A stretch of DNA of 64,000 nucleotides from NCBI GenBank assembly GCA_026770705.1, contig JANJGN010000152.1, forward strand, positions 1-64,000, given 5' to 3'. The stretch comes from Isurus oxyrinchus (taxonomy: Eukaryota). Position numbers and translations under genes: made by a program. Positions 51,930-63,426 of this stretch are shown here, in pieces. Positions within the stretch are counted from its first letter, which is position 1. Each line of letters begins with the position of its first letter. A model generated the notes under the pieces. That model worked only from the letters and a program-made list of their open reading frames with translations, was not told where the DNA came from and searched no databases.

Positions 51930-53310
51930 TGCGGATCAGTAGCTGGAGTAGGCCATTCGGCCTCTGGGGCCTCCTCCACCATTCACTCCGGTCATAGCTG
52001 ATATGATTGTGACGTTAACTCCACGTTCCTGCCTAATCTCCGCTAACCTTTGACTCCCTTGTTAATGAAGAATCTCTCTACCTCTGCCTTGAAATTTTAA
52101 TGACTCCTCCTCCATCCCTCTCTGGGGAAGAGAGTTCCAAAGTTTCATGACTCTTTGAGAGAAAAATAAAATCCCCTCATTTCCGTCTGAAATGGGAGAC
52201 CTCTTATTTTTAAACCGTGTTCCCTATCGTTAGTCTCTCTCACAAGAGGAAACATCCTTTCAGCATCCACCCTGTCAATTTCCCTCAGGATCTTACATGT
52301 TTCAATAAAATCAGCTCTCATTCTTCTAAACTCCAATAGATACAGGCCCAGCCTATCCAAATTTCCACATAAGATAACCGACGACACCTCCCAGTATCAT
52401 TTGAATTAACATTCTCTGAACAACTTCTAATGCTTTTATATCCTTTCTTAAATGAGACCAAATCTGTACACAGTAATTCAGACGAGGTCTCATCGACACT
52501 CTGTTAAACTGTAACATAATATCCTTCCATTTATATTCTGTTCCCCTTGTGATAAATGCCAACACTCCCTTTGCCTTCCTCATCACTAGCTGTTCCTGTA
52601 TTATAACATTTTGTGATTCATACACCAAGGGATCCACATTCCTCTGTATCTCAGGGTTCTGCAGTCTCTCTTCCTTTCAATAATATGCTGCTTTTATATT
52701 CTTCCTGCCAAAGTGGACAAGTTTATATTTTCCCACATTATACTCCATCTGTCATTTTTTGCCCACTCACTTAACCTATTGATATCCCTTTGCTGACCTT
52801 TTATCCCCTCTTCACCATTTACTTCCCTATCTGTCTTTGTGTCATCAGCAAATTTAGCAAATTCATTCAGTCCTTTCATTCAAGTCATTGATATAAATTG
52901 TAAATAGTTGAGGCTGCGGCAATGATCTCTGTGGAACTCCATTTGTCACATCTTGCCAACCTAAAATAACCAATTTATCCCTGCCGTTTCCTGTTAGCTA
53001 ACCAAACTTCTACTCATGCTGAAATGTTACTGCTGACACCATTATTTTGTGCAGTAACCTTTGATGTGCCACTTTGTCAAATGCCTTCTGGTAGCCCAAG
53101 GGCAGCACACCCACAGGTTCTCCTTTATTCATGCTCCTTGTTACTTCCTCGAAGGACCTCAAATAAGTCAGCCAAACATGATTTCCCTTTCACAAAATCA
53201 TGACGGGTTTGCATAATTGCATTTGAATTTTCTAAGTGACCCGTGATAGATTCCTGAATAATCGATTCCAGCATTTTCGCTCGGACAGATGTTAAGCTAA
53301 CTGGCCTGCA
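51930..53310 (-). mobile_element. CR1 LINE fragment in IgM J-C intron
   Basis: KFADDTK, RPRLNYCVQIW, LGLYLLEFRRMR. Confidence 0.88.
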
Positions 53311-53449
53311 GATGAGAGCCTTTCCCCGGGAACGGAAAGGATTTCAGGAGGGGGAGAGACAATGAGGGAGAGATAGAGAGAGAGTAAGAGAGAGTGGAGC
53401 CCAGGGTATCTGGTGCCTCCACTCGCAACTGCTTTTGCCCAGCTCTCCC

Positions 53450-54780
53450 CACTATAGACTGGCTCTCAGCCCTTCCCCCACCCTCCGCCTCTCTGTTCTT
53501 TCCCCTCCACCTCTCTGCCCGGTCTCCCCCGCCTCTCTGCCCTTCCTCCCCAAGCTCTCTGCCCTTTGTCCTCAGCTCTCTGCACTTACTCCACGGCTCT
53601 ATTCGCTTTTGCCCAGCTCTCTGACCCATTCCATTGGCTCACTGACCTATCCCCTGGCTCGCTGACCTTTCCCCCTCAGCCCTTTTCCGCCTTCCACCTC
53701 TCTGTCCGCTCCCCCCTCTGCCTCTCTGCCCTTACCCCTGCCTCTCTGCCCTTATCCCCCGCCTCTCTGCCCTTTCCCCAGCTCACTGTCCTTTCCATCG
53801 ACTCTCTGCCCTTTCCGTCACCTCTCTGCCCTTCCCTCTCTGCCGCTCCACTCTTACCCCCCGCCTCTATGCCCTTTCCCCCTCCGACTCTCTGCCCACC
53901 CTCCTCTCTGTCCTTCCCCCCTCTGCCTCTCTGCTCTGCCTTCTCCCTGCACCTGCCCCCTCCCGCCTCTCTACCCTGTCCCCCACCCGCCTCTCTGTCC
54001 TTTCCCCCAGCCAGCTCTCTGCCCTTCCCCCTCCCACCTCTCGGCCCTTTCTCCATCCCGCCTCTCTGCCCTTACCCCCCACCTCTCTGCCTTTACCCCC
54101 TCTCCTCTCTGCCCTTTCCCCCACCTCTCTGCACTTTCCCCCCTCTGTCTCTATGCCCTTCCCCCCTCCTCTCTGCCCTTTCCCCCTCTTCCTCTCTAAC
54201 CACCCTCCTCTCTGTCCTTCCCCCCTCTGCCTCTCTACCCTGCCTCCTCTATGCCCTTTCCCCCTCCTGCCTCTCTGCCCTTTCCCCTACCTGCCTCTCT
54301 GCCGTTACCCCCCACCTCTCTGCCCTTCCCCCCCGCCTCTCTGCCCTTTTCCCCACTCACCTCTTGGTCCTTTCCCCCTACCGCCTTTCTGCCCTCCCTC
54401 CTCTCTACCCTGTCCCTCTCCCGCCTCTCTGCCCTGTCCCTCACCCGCCTCTCTGCCCTTTCCCCCCGCCTCTCTGCCCTTTCCACCACCCACCTTCCTG
54501 CCCGTTCCACCTGCCACCTCTCTGCCATTTCCCCTTGCATCTCTGCCCATACCATCTCCCGCTTCTCTGCCCGGTCACTGCCCTTCCCCACCCCCCCACC
54601 TCTCTGCCCTTTCACTGGCTTGCTGACCTTTGCCCCATCCCAATGCATTTTCTGCTGGATCCCTGCCCTTTTCCCGGACTCTCTACCCTTCACCCGCAAC
54701 CCTCCCCGGCTCTCTGCCATTTCCCCCACCTCCCTGCCCTTTCTCCCAGGCTCTCTGTGCTTTCCAACGAAGCTCGTCGC
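53450..54780 (-). repeat. Purine/G-rich (sense strand) ~20-bp tandem repeat in J-C intron
   Basis: Plus-strand unit CCTCTCTGCCCTTTCCCC repeated over ~1.3 kb. Confidence 0.92.
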
Positions 54781-54884
54781 TCCCTTCAGCCATGCTCCAC
54801 TTTCTGGCACTACTAGGCCTCAGGCCCCGCATGCAGGTCTCTCTTTCCCGCAGTTCCCGCCCTCCCACACACCAATTTATGAAA

Positions 54885-55575
54885 AGTGATTGAGTGAGTG
54901 AGCGCGTGCATGATTGACAAAGTGAGGGTGGCTGAGTGACAGAGCAAGGGTGGGTGTCTGAGTGAGTGAGGGTGCATGGGTGAGTGAAGGTGTGAGTGAG
55001 GGTGGTGGTGAGTGGGCGTGGGTAGGTGTCTGAATGTGGGTGAGTGAGAATGGATGAGTGAGTGTGAGGGTGGGTGATTGAATGAGAGTAGCTGAGTGGC
55101 TGAGTGAGGGTTGGTGGATATGTGAGGGTGGGTATGTGAGTGAGGGTGAGTGGGTGTGTGAGGGTGGGTGGATGAGATATTGAGTGTCAGTGAAGGTAGG
55201 TGAGTGAGGACGGGAGGGTGAGTGAGGATGAGTGAGTGAGGGTGAGTGAGTGAAGGTTAAAGTAATTGATGGTGAGTGAATGAGGGTGTGTGAAGCTGGG
55301 TGAGTGGGTGAGGGTGAGTGAGGGTGGGTGAAGGAGTGAGATTGAGTGACGGTGAGTGAATGAGTGTGGGTGAGTGAGGGTGATTGAGTGATTGTGAGTG
55401 AGGGTGAGTGAGTGATGAGTGAGTGAGGGTGGGTGAGTGAGGGTGATTGAGTGATAAGTGTGAGTGAGGGTGAGTGAGTGAGTGAGGGTGAGTGAGGGTG
55501 ATTGAGTGAGTGTGAGTGAATATGAGTGAGGGTGAGTGAGTGAGTGAGGTGAGGGTGAGCGATTGTGGGTAGTGA
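54885..55575 (+). repeat. (GAGTGAGTGAGGGT)n simple repeat
   Basis: Direct inspection. Confidence 0.9.
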
Positions 55576-56325
55576 GGGTGCCAAGGTGCTGCAGGCTCAT
55601 CAAGGCAATGTTTCTCCGGATGATTTTCTGCTCAGGCTCAGCTTTCCATTGCCTGTTGTCCACAGCCGAGCTGGGGGCTCCTCCATTCGGCTCCACCACC
55701 TCCACCTCCTCCTCTTCCTCTCCATCGATCCTATCCTGATTCTCCGTATTGACCAGCTTTCAGTAACACCGGCTGTGTAAAGACAGGCAGCAGTGTAGAT
55801 CACTGGCCAGCTGCTTTAATGCCGATGCCTTTCTTTAAGAAACCCGTGTCAGTGCGCGAATAGGCAGACTGAGGGGGCTGGAGGGGAAGGGTACAGCAAA
55901 ACCAGGAAGGGCCGTGCAGGCATCTTGCACCAAGTGTGCACCAGTATTGGGGATCCAGGCGGCCGTGGTCTCAGTCACATCCCTCCACTTTTCTTGTTTC
56001 TTTGTGTTTGGTTCAACACTTGGAAATTCTCCACATATATAGTGATGTCACCTGTGTAATTTCATTTTACCCAAAAAGGCATCAGAAATGGAACAATGAA
56101 CATGCCTGCAGCTTAAAGGATCTTCTTTCTGAAATTAACATTTTCAGCCCACTTNNNNNNNNNNNNNNNNNNNNNNNNNNNNNNNNNNNNNNNNNNNNNN
56201 NNNNNNNNNNNNNNNNNNNNNNNNNNNNNNNNNNNNNNNNNNNNNNNNNNNNNNNNNNNNNNNNNNNNNNNNNNNNNNNNNNNNNNNNNNNNNNNNNNNN
56301 NNNNNNNNNNNNNNNNNNNNNNNNN

Positions 56326-57062
56326 NGCGTGAGAGTGTTTGAGATAGACAGCACATGTGTGTGAGAGAGAGAGTGAATGTGTTTGTGTATGTGTGAGAGT
56401 GTGTGTGGGGGTGTGAGTGATATGTAGTATATGTAGTATAAGTACGTGAGAGAGAGTTTGTGTGAGAGAGAGAAAGAGTGTGTGAAAGAGAGAACCAGTG
56501 TGTGTCAGAGAGAGAGTGTGTGTGCGTGAGAGAGCGAAAGAATGAGAGCGAGTGTGTGTGTGAGAGGAACAGTGTGTGTGTGTGTGTGTGTGTGTGAGGG
56601 AATGTGAATGTGTTTCTGTGTGCGTCAGAGAGAGAGAGAATGAGGATGTGTGTGTGTGTGAGAAACAGTGTTATGTGTCTGTGTGTGACAGAGGGGGAGA
56701 ATTGAAAGTATTTATGTGTGTGTGGCAGAGAGGGTGCATGTATGTGAGATATCGAGTGGGTGTGTGTAAAAGAGAGAGAGTGTGTGCATGTGTTTGTGTG
56801 AGAGAGAGAGAGTTGCATGTGTGAGAGTGCAGGTGTGAGAAAGAAAGAGTGCATGTATGTGTGTAGGAGATAGTGTGCACGTGTTAAAGGGAGTTTGTGT
56901 GGGAGAGAGTGAATGTGAGTGTGTGTGTGACAGAGAGAGAAAGATAGAGTGTGTGTCTGTCAGAGAGAGTGCATGAGAGAATGAATGTGCACTGTGTGAG
57001 AGAGAGCGTGTGTGACAGAGAGAGTGAGCGAATGAGGGTGTGTGGTAAAGAGACTGAGTGTG
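56326..57062. repeat. (GT/GA)n degenerate microsatellite next to assembly gap
   Basis: Direct inspection. Confidence 0.9.
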
Positions 57063-60000
57063 TCGAGGTAGATCAGCCACAATCTTGCTGAATGGGGGGC
57101 AGGATCGAAGGGCCTAATGTCCTCCTCATGCTCTCATTTCTGTAATTCATTCCTCTCCCTGTAGGTGGCAATCCAGTGGCTCCCCCGCAGTTGGTTATTT
57201 GTAGCGGGAGTCTGGTATTTGTCCATTTCAATCGTTTAAATAACTCTGATCAGATCAGAACAGGCACTGCTCTCTGGAGCCTCATTTTCACTCCCTGATT
57301 CTGTTCGTTCTGAAATTGTGCTCAAGTTCAGGTCACTCACATTCAATGATTTTCTGATACTCAAAATGCTTAAACATAATTAATTCATTAAAATTTATAC
57401 ATGTTCTCTGCAGAAATATTGTTAAAAACAGTTAACGTGTGTCATTTCAACCGAGCAAAGGAACAATTTATTTTCGCAGATCTGGCTCGAAAACCCACGG
57501 CCAGTTAGTTCAATGCTGATTCAGTTTGTTTGACCTCTGCAGGGAGAAGACTCCCAGGTCAGGAACAGGACACGTTAAGATATGGATTAAATTCCCCACT
57601 CCTCCCCCAGTACACTCCTGTCATCAGCTGCAAGGGTGGGATTCAACAGAAAGCCAACTCTCCACTGAACTGTCAAACACTCTGGGGCAGGTACAGCACT
57701 GGTTTGACATAAAATAAAACTCTCTCTACATTGCTCCATCAAATATAACCAGGAGAGGGTTCAATCCGGTTTTGATATAAGTGCTGTGCTGCAGGAGCCG
57801 GTCAGAGGCTGGGAATTCTGTGGCGAGTAATTCAACTCTTATTGCCCAAAGAAAACTGACCATCTACAAGGCTCAAGTCAGGACTGGGATTGAATAGTTT
57901 CCGCTTGCCTCAATGTGTGAAACTTCAAAAAACCCCAAGAAACTCCATACTATCCAGGACAAAGCAGCCCACAGAATTGGTACCCCATCCACTAACTTAA
58001 ACATTCCCTCCCTCCCCCACCAATGCACAGTGACTGCAGTGTGTGCCATATACAAGATGCACTGCAGCAACTCGCCAAGGCTCCTTCAAAACCCGCAACC
58101 TCTCCTAACTAGAAGGACAAGGGCAGCAGGTGCTTGAAACATCGCCACCTGTATGTTCCCCTCCAAGACACTGAACATCCTGACTTGGAACTATATCGCC
58201 GTTCCTTCACTGTCAATGGGTCAAAATCCTGGAACTCCTGACCTAACAGCACTGTGAGTGAACATGCAGCTATTCAAGGAGGCGGCAGTTCAACACTTCT
58301 AAGGATGGGCAATTAGGATGAGCAACAAATGCTGGCCTTGCCAGCGACCCCAACATCCTATGATAGGATTAAAAGTAAGATACAGAGTAATTTCTTCCTC
58401 CGCATTGTCCAATCAAATAGGTCAAGGACTGCGACAGCACAGATTAACATAGGATAAAACTCTCTCTGCATTGCCTAACCGATCACTCCCAAGACAGAAA
58501 CATCACTGGCTTAAAATCGACCAAATCTCCTTCGACAGTCTGTCTGTCGTTTCTGAACTGTCCTTTCTGACTGTCACAATGGGTTGGGCACCTCATTTCT
58601 GAGGCACCTGGTCAAAAAGTCAAACTTTAATATTTCTCACAAATACAAGTCTTGTGAAGAAATAAATCGAACTGCACTTCCTGAAATACAGGAGAGCGAA
58701 CCAGAAGGTTAACAACCAGCCAGGAAGATTCCTGGTCCCAGCACAGTGACCATGCCCACAGAAACAGAACAGACACAAACGGTGCAACAATCGAGTTCCC
58801 AGCAGATAGATCTGTTCAATCTGTCCATTTCATTCAAGCTGTTTGATTCCAATTGATCAACAGTCAACTTGTTACAATTATTCTATAACTTCTTTCAAAT
58901 TAAACTGATTTTCATTTCAAAACTCCCTTTGAAGTCCATTTAATTCTCCGTCTGACTCAAATCTCCAAACAATGTACGATTTAAGTTACCCTGAAAATGA
59001 GCACAGCAAATACTACAGATTCAAGATAATTAGTTGTCCGTAATAAAGACTCAATGACAGGGTAAGAATTAAACAAATCAGGAAACATTCACATTGAAAA
59101 CCGATTACATACTGATATCTTTTGATTTTAGGTATAAATATAACCAATAAAAACATCAAGACGAAACACATTATCGAGCTGAGCACAGCTGAGTAAGAAA
59201 AGTATTCTTTTCTGAATTCATTTTGGATACAATTAAAAATTCTCTCCACCCTTTGAGATTTTGCATTCACTATAATGTCCAGTACCCTATTTAATTGTTG
59301 GAGTTCATTTATGTTGAATTAATTATCACTAATATTATATTGTAAGTTAATTATCTTGTTATTGTCAATTCATTTTCTTGTTAGCTGATTTCTACTTTAT
59401 AATAAAAATAGTTTTCAATGATTGAAAATTTGTTTCTCCTTGGTACTTTGTGAAATAATTGAGGTTTATTTAAATCAACCTTACACTGAAGCAATGTTAA
59501 ACAATAAACTTCAAATTACTAGATGGTAACTTTCAGGCAAGTATATCAATTTTACTTAAATCTGATCAATATTTACCATAGTATTTTTACTTCTCCTGCT
59601 TTGTTTTAACGGACAAAATTTTAAACTATGCGTTTCTGAACAGATTGAGAAATCATAAGTTCCATCTATTCTCATCAAGCAATTCACATGACGAATTTAT
59701 GAGCTGAATATTTGAAACGCTTTTAAATCTGACCGGGGTCACATCGCATTAACGTCGATGAGGTGTAATATCATTTGTTTACTGAATTAATCTTGTCTTA
59801 ACTCCAAGCTACATGTAAACAAATCTTCCTGGCAGTTACTTATTATCAATAAAATTGCTTCCTAGATAACAATCCCTATAATTTAATTGTTAATTATATT
59901 ATTCACTGAACGAAGATCCAAATTGATCAGTATAAAACTTGATGAGAACAATTCATTCAGATCATCTGCACCACTGAAATATAACTGGCAAGTTGATTCC

Positions 60001-60428
60001 AGATTTTGTCCTTCAAGTTAATATTTAATAAGAATTAAGCATGAATCTCAGATATAATCTGTTCTTCTCCTATAATTCTATTCTGTGCACAGCACAGCAA
60101 TAGGAGACAGGATGTTGTTATTAAGTTCAAAACTAATACTAACGTTTGCAATTAAATTAACCTGTTCGAATTTCAAGCTTTTACTTGTCAATCTCTATTC
60201 AAATGCAGTCTGCACCTTCCTACAGTTCAAAAAATGTAAGAACAATTCCTTTACTGCCAGCGAATTACACCCCCCAGTAAACTGTTTAAAATTAGATTAG
60301 TGACAATTATCTCGCTACCAAAATCCCAATGACATTGAAGGAATAATATGGTTATGGCTGCACAGAAAGAATGTAATAACCGGATAGACATATTGCCAAA
60401 CAGCAATGTCAAACTCTTCTTTAAGTCA

Positions 60429-60436
60429 ATGCAAAT
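60429..60436. promoter_or_regulatory. Octamer ATGCAAAT in J-C intron, candidate enhancer site
   Basis: Perfect octamer about 1.2 kb into the intron from JH; function inferred only. Confidence 0.35.
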
Positions 60437-61661
60437 GTTATCAGGGATATAAAAAAGTAATTCAAAATCTCTTTTGAAACTGAACAATTTTGTAGTCAAT
60501 ATATTCTTACTGAAATTTTTTCAACCATAATCACAAAATATTTCCAGCCTAAAAACTTTCCCGATCATGTTAGTTGCGCGCAGAGCACAGCAGAATTGTG
60601 AAAGGCGATTCATGATCAATTAGGTTAATATGAAAGCTGTTCCGTCAATATGGAGAAATATTACCACATTATAATTGTTTGAATTTGTATTAATTTTACT
60701 CTACAATTTGAAAACTTGGTAATTATTTAGTTTCTGATTGCAGTAACGACTTATGTTCTGAATGAGCGTCATAATCCATGGTTTAGTTTAATCTGCAATT
60801 ACCACTTAAAATAAAGACAAAATGTTCTAACACATTTTAAACGCTTTTTTTCCATTTCTGAAACCTGTTTGTTTTCTGCATACAATCGCGCTTCAAGCAG
60901 ATACAAACGCGTAGGCTGCTTCAATTCAATCGCAAAACGTGTAACCGCTCAATGTCACCGAGTTTAAACAAAGCAGAAACAATGCAGAACCGCCGAACCG
61001 TTTCATAAATTCTACTTGTTCAAAGTCACCCAGACACACAATCTCCTCAGCAGAAAATACACCAAAATCACATCACTGAGGGGCTGAAACCCGTTTCATG
61101 GAGAATTCATTGTAACATTGCAAGAAAATCTCAATATCGAATCCAGACAACCGCTCGTCACCAAATGAATGAATAATTAAACTGAACAGAAATATGAAAT
61201 AATGTCAACAGCATTCTGAGTAGGCGGAACATGTTCAACAAATTAATATTAAAACTTAAGCATATTTGCTAAAATTGGGTTTGATTTCAAATCTATTTAA
61301 ACCCTTGTGCAACAGATGGTAAAACCCGCAGCCATTAGATGTCACCGAGATTAAACAATGCAGAAACGTCAAACTGTTTTCACAAACGTTAGATATTTCA
61401 AGTAGCCCGGCCACACAGTATCCTCAGCAGGTAAACACCAAATCACAACGACCAAAGTCTCAATCCATCAGCAGCACTTGTTATCAAGACACAGCGGAAT
61501 TATATAACTCAATTTCAGCAGAATCACATGAAACATTGTAAAAATTCTGCATACAGAATCCACCAAACCCAGGTTACGTTTGGCTGAATGAATTGTTAAA
61601 ATAGACAAAAATGTAAAGCAAAGATCAAATAAAAGTTACTAAATAAATGTGTGGTTCTTAC

Positions 61662-61709
61662 CGGCAGTCACTGTCATCATGGTCCCTTTCCCCCAGTAGC
61701 CCATACCGT
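61662..61709 (-). CDS. IGHJ: IgH J segment (GMGYWGKGTMMTVTA); 23-RSS at 61710-61748
   Basis: WGxG motif; CACAGTG-23-ACAATAACT on plus strand; donor GTAAG. Confidence 0.96.
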
Positions 61710-62077
61710 CACAGTGTTACATTCCCTGGGCTGTGCCATACAATAACTGTCCCTGCACGAAAAAGACAGAAATCCACCATTATTTTAAATATTCATAAGT
61801 CAGGGGCAAAAAAAGATCACGATGAATCTTCACGAAATTATATTTGCGTATGTGGATATCTTTAGCTATTTATCAATGATCATCATGTTTTATAATTCAC
61901 AGAATAACACATAAACATTTTATTGAATTCACCAACTGATGAATGCATAATTATCACAGCTTTTCCATCTTAAACCATGCTTTTTGGGCAGTGCTGGGTA
62001 GAAATAATACTTCAGTGTAAATATAGCAGGATTGTAAAAGCGAGCACTGAACCCGGCAGACTCAATTAGTGCTGAGG

Positions 62078-62146
62078 GGTTTTTGTATTCTTAGTAACTG
62101 CTGTGCCACCCAGTATATCACAGCGAGACACATCATGTGAAATACT
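62078..62146 (-). other. IGHD: IgH D2 segment ATATACTGGGTGG (62106-62118) with 12/12 RSS
   Basis: Plus strand reads GGTTTTTGT-12-TGCTGTG-[13 nt]-CACAGCG-12-TGAAATACT. Confidence 0.92.
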
Positions 62147-62456
62147 GCGGCAGACTGTTCACTGTAAATGCAGAGATTTAATTTCACTGCGCTCACAAAA
62201 ACCTGATTCCGACACGCCTAAGAGTGAATCAGTGAGATATTTCAGCTTGTGCTGGTCATTATATTTATAAATATGATTGGAGTTCTTTAAAAGCCTCTGT
62301 GAAGATTTATCGTGTCCGTAAACACAAACAAAGCAGAAGACTTTTATATATTTTTGCAAGCCAATATTACTTATACCCATTATTTTATTTAGCTCCTATT
62401 TTCTTTGACTTTTCCTGTTGTGATCGTGATCACCAATTTGAACAAACTCCTTCTGA

Positions 62457-62539
62457 GGTTTTTGTATGAGGATGTCGCTATCCACAGCACTGTGACCCAC
62501 TGCTGTAGTATCACAGTGAAATACACCCACACAAAAACT
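62457..62539 (-). other. IGHD: IgH D1 segment ATACTACAGCAGTGGGT (62495-62511) with 5' 12-RSS and 3' 22-RSS
   Basis: Plus strand reads GGTTTTTGT-22-CACTGTG-[17 nt]-CACAGTG-12-ACAAAAACT. Confidence 0.95.
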
Positions 62540-62908
62540 GCACCCACTCTCTGTTCAGTGCTGCCTCTCAATATTCACTTCAAATAGACGTTTACTCCTG
62601 ATCTAGTTTAGTATTTATGCAGCAATTTACAAAACTCAATGAACAGTGATCCACTACAAGTATTAGACATATTCAAATGAACATTATATCCAGGTTTGTA
62701 ATTGCGGAAACTGTTAACAGTAAATATGAACACAGCCGAAGTTCAGCCCATGATATCGATTGTTTTGTTAGGATTTACTGTTAAATTTGCTGTTTTACTT
62801 TGGTCAGAAGCGACTTGTTGTCGGCTTTTGATCATAACAGTTAATATTATATTTAAAACAAGTACTGACCGTCAGGTTATGATGGAAGTTGCTGAGTTTC
62901 TCTTGATC

Positions 62909-62947
62909 TGATCTTGGTCGGGTCCAGCCCTGGTTCCTCTCGCTGTG
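62909..62947 (-). other. VH 3' RSS (CACAGCG, 22/23-nt spacer, weak nonamer ACCAAGATC or CCAAGATCA)
   Basis: Heptamer at 62941-62947 directly after CARD codons. Confidence 0.85.
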
Positions 62948-63252
62948 GTCTCTTGCACAGTAATAGATGGCGGTGTCTTCAGTCTTCAGGCTCGTCATGT
63001 CCAAGGAGAAGATGTTCCTTGAAGTGTCTTTGGACGCAGTAAATCGATTTTTAATTGCTGGGGCATAGTTGTTGCTGGATGAACTATAGTAGTAAACCAG
63101 CCACTCCAGCCCCTGTCCGGGAACCTGTCGGACCCAGTACATGGTGTAGCTGCCAAGATCGAAGCCGCTGGTTTTACAGATCATTCTCAGGGAGCCTCCG
63201 GGACGTCCGGTCTCTGCCTCTGGCTGAGTCAACACAACCTCCGACTGGACAC
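62948..63252 (-). CDS. IGHV: IgM VH exon, intact ORF ([16 protein letters not shown]...YYCARD)
   Basis: Acceptor TTTTTACAG; both Cys, WVRQ, GLEWL and DTAIYYCAR motifs; no stops; followed by heptamer CACAGCG. Confidence 0.97.
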
Positions 63253-63380
63253 CTGTAAAAATATATCAAAAACCCCGAGGATTAATACTGGTGAAATGAT
63301 TCCTGACTCTGTAACATTCCAGAGAGAGATTAACTCTGAGACAGTAATAGTGAGAGACTTGGAGAATGAAAACTACTCAC

Positions 63381-63426
63381 GGGATAAGAAAGTCAGCAAC
63401 AAACTGAGAGAAATCGCCGACCTCAT
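63381..63426 (-). CDS. IGHV: IgM VH leader exon (MRSAISLSLLLTFLS)
   Basis: ATG at 63426, hydrophobic signal peptide, phase-1 donor GTGAGT; TATTTAAATA at 63516-63525 upstream. Confidence 0.95.

Noticed and set aside
53566-54889. Long Pro/Leu-rich ORFs (416 aa and others)
   Set aside because: Translations of a low-complexity CT-rich repeat that lacks stop codons
61662-63252. Germline-joined VDJ
   Set aside because: V, D1, D2 and J are separate, each with RSSs
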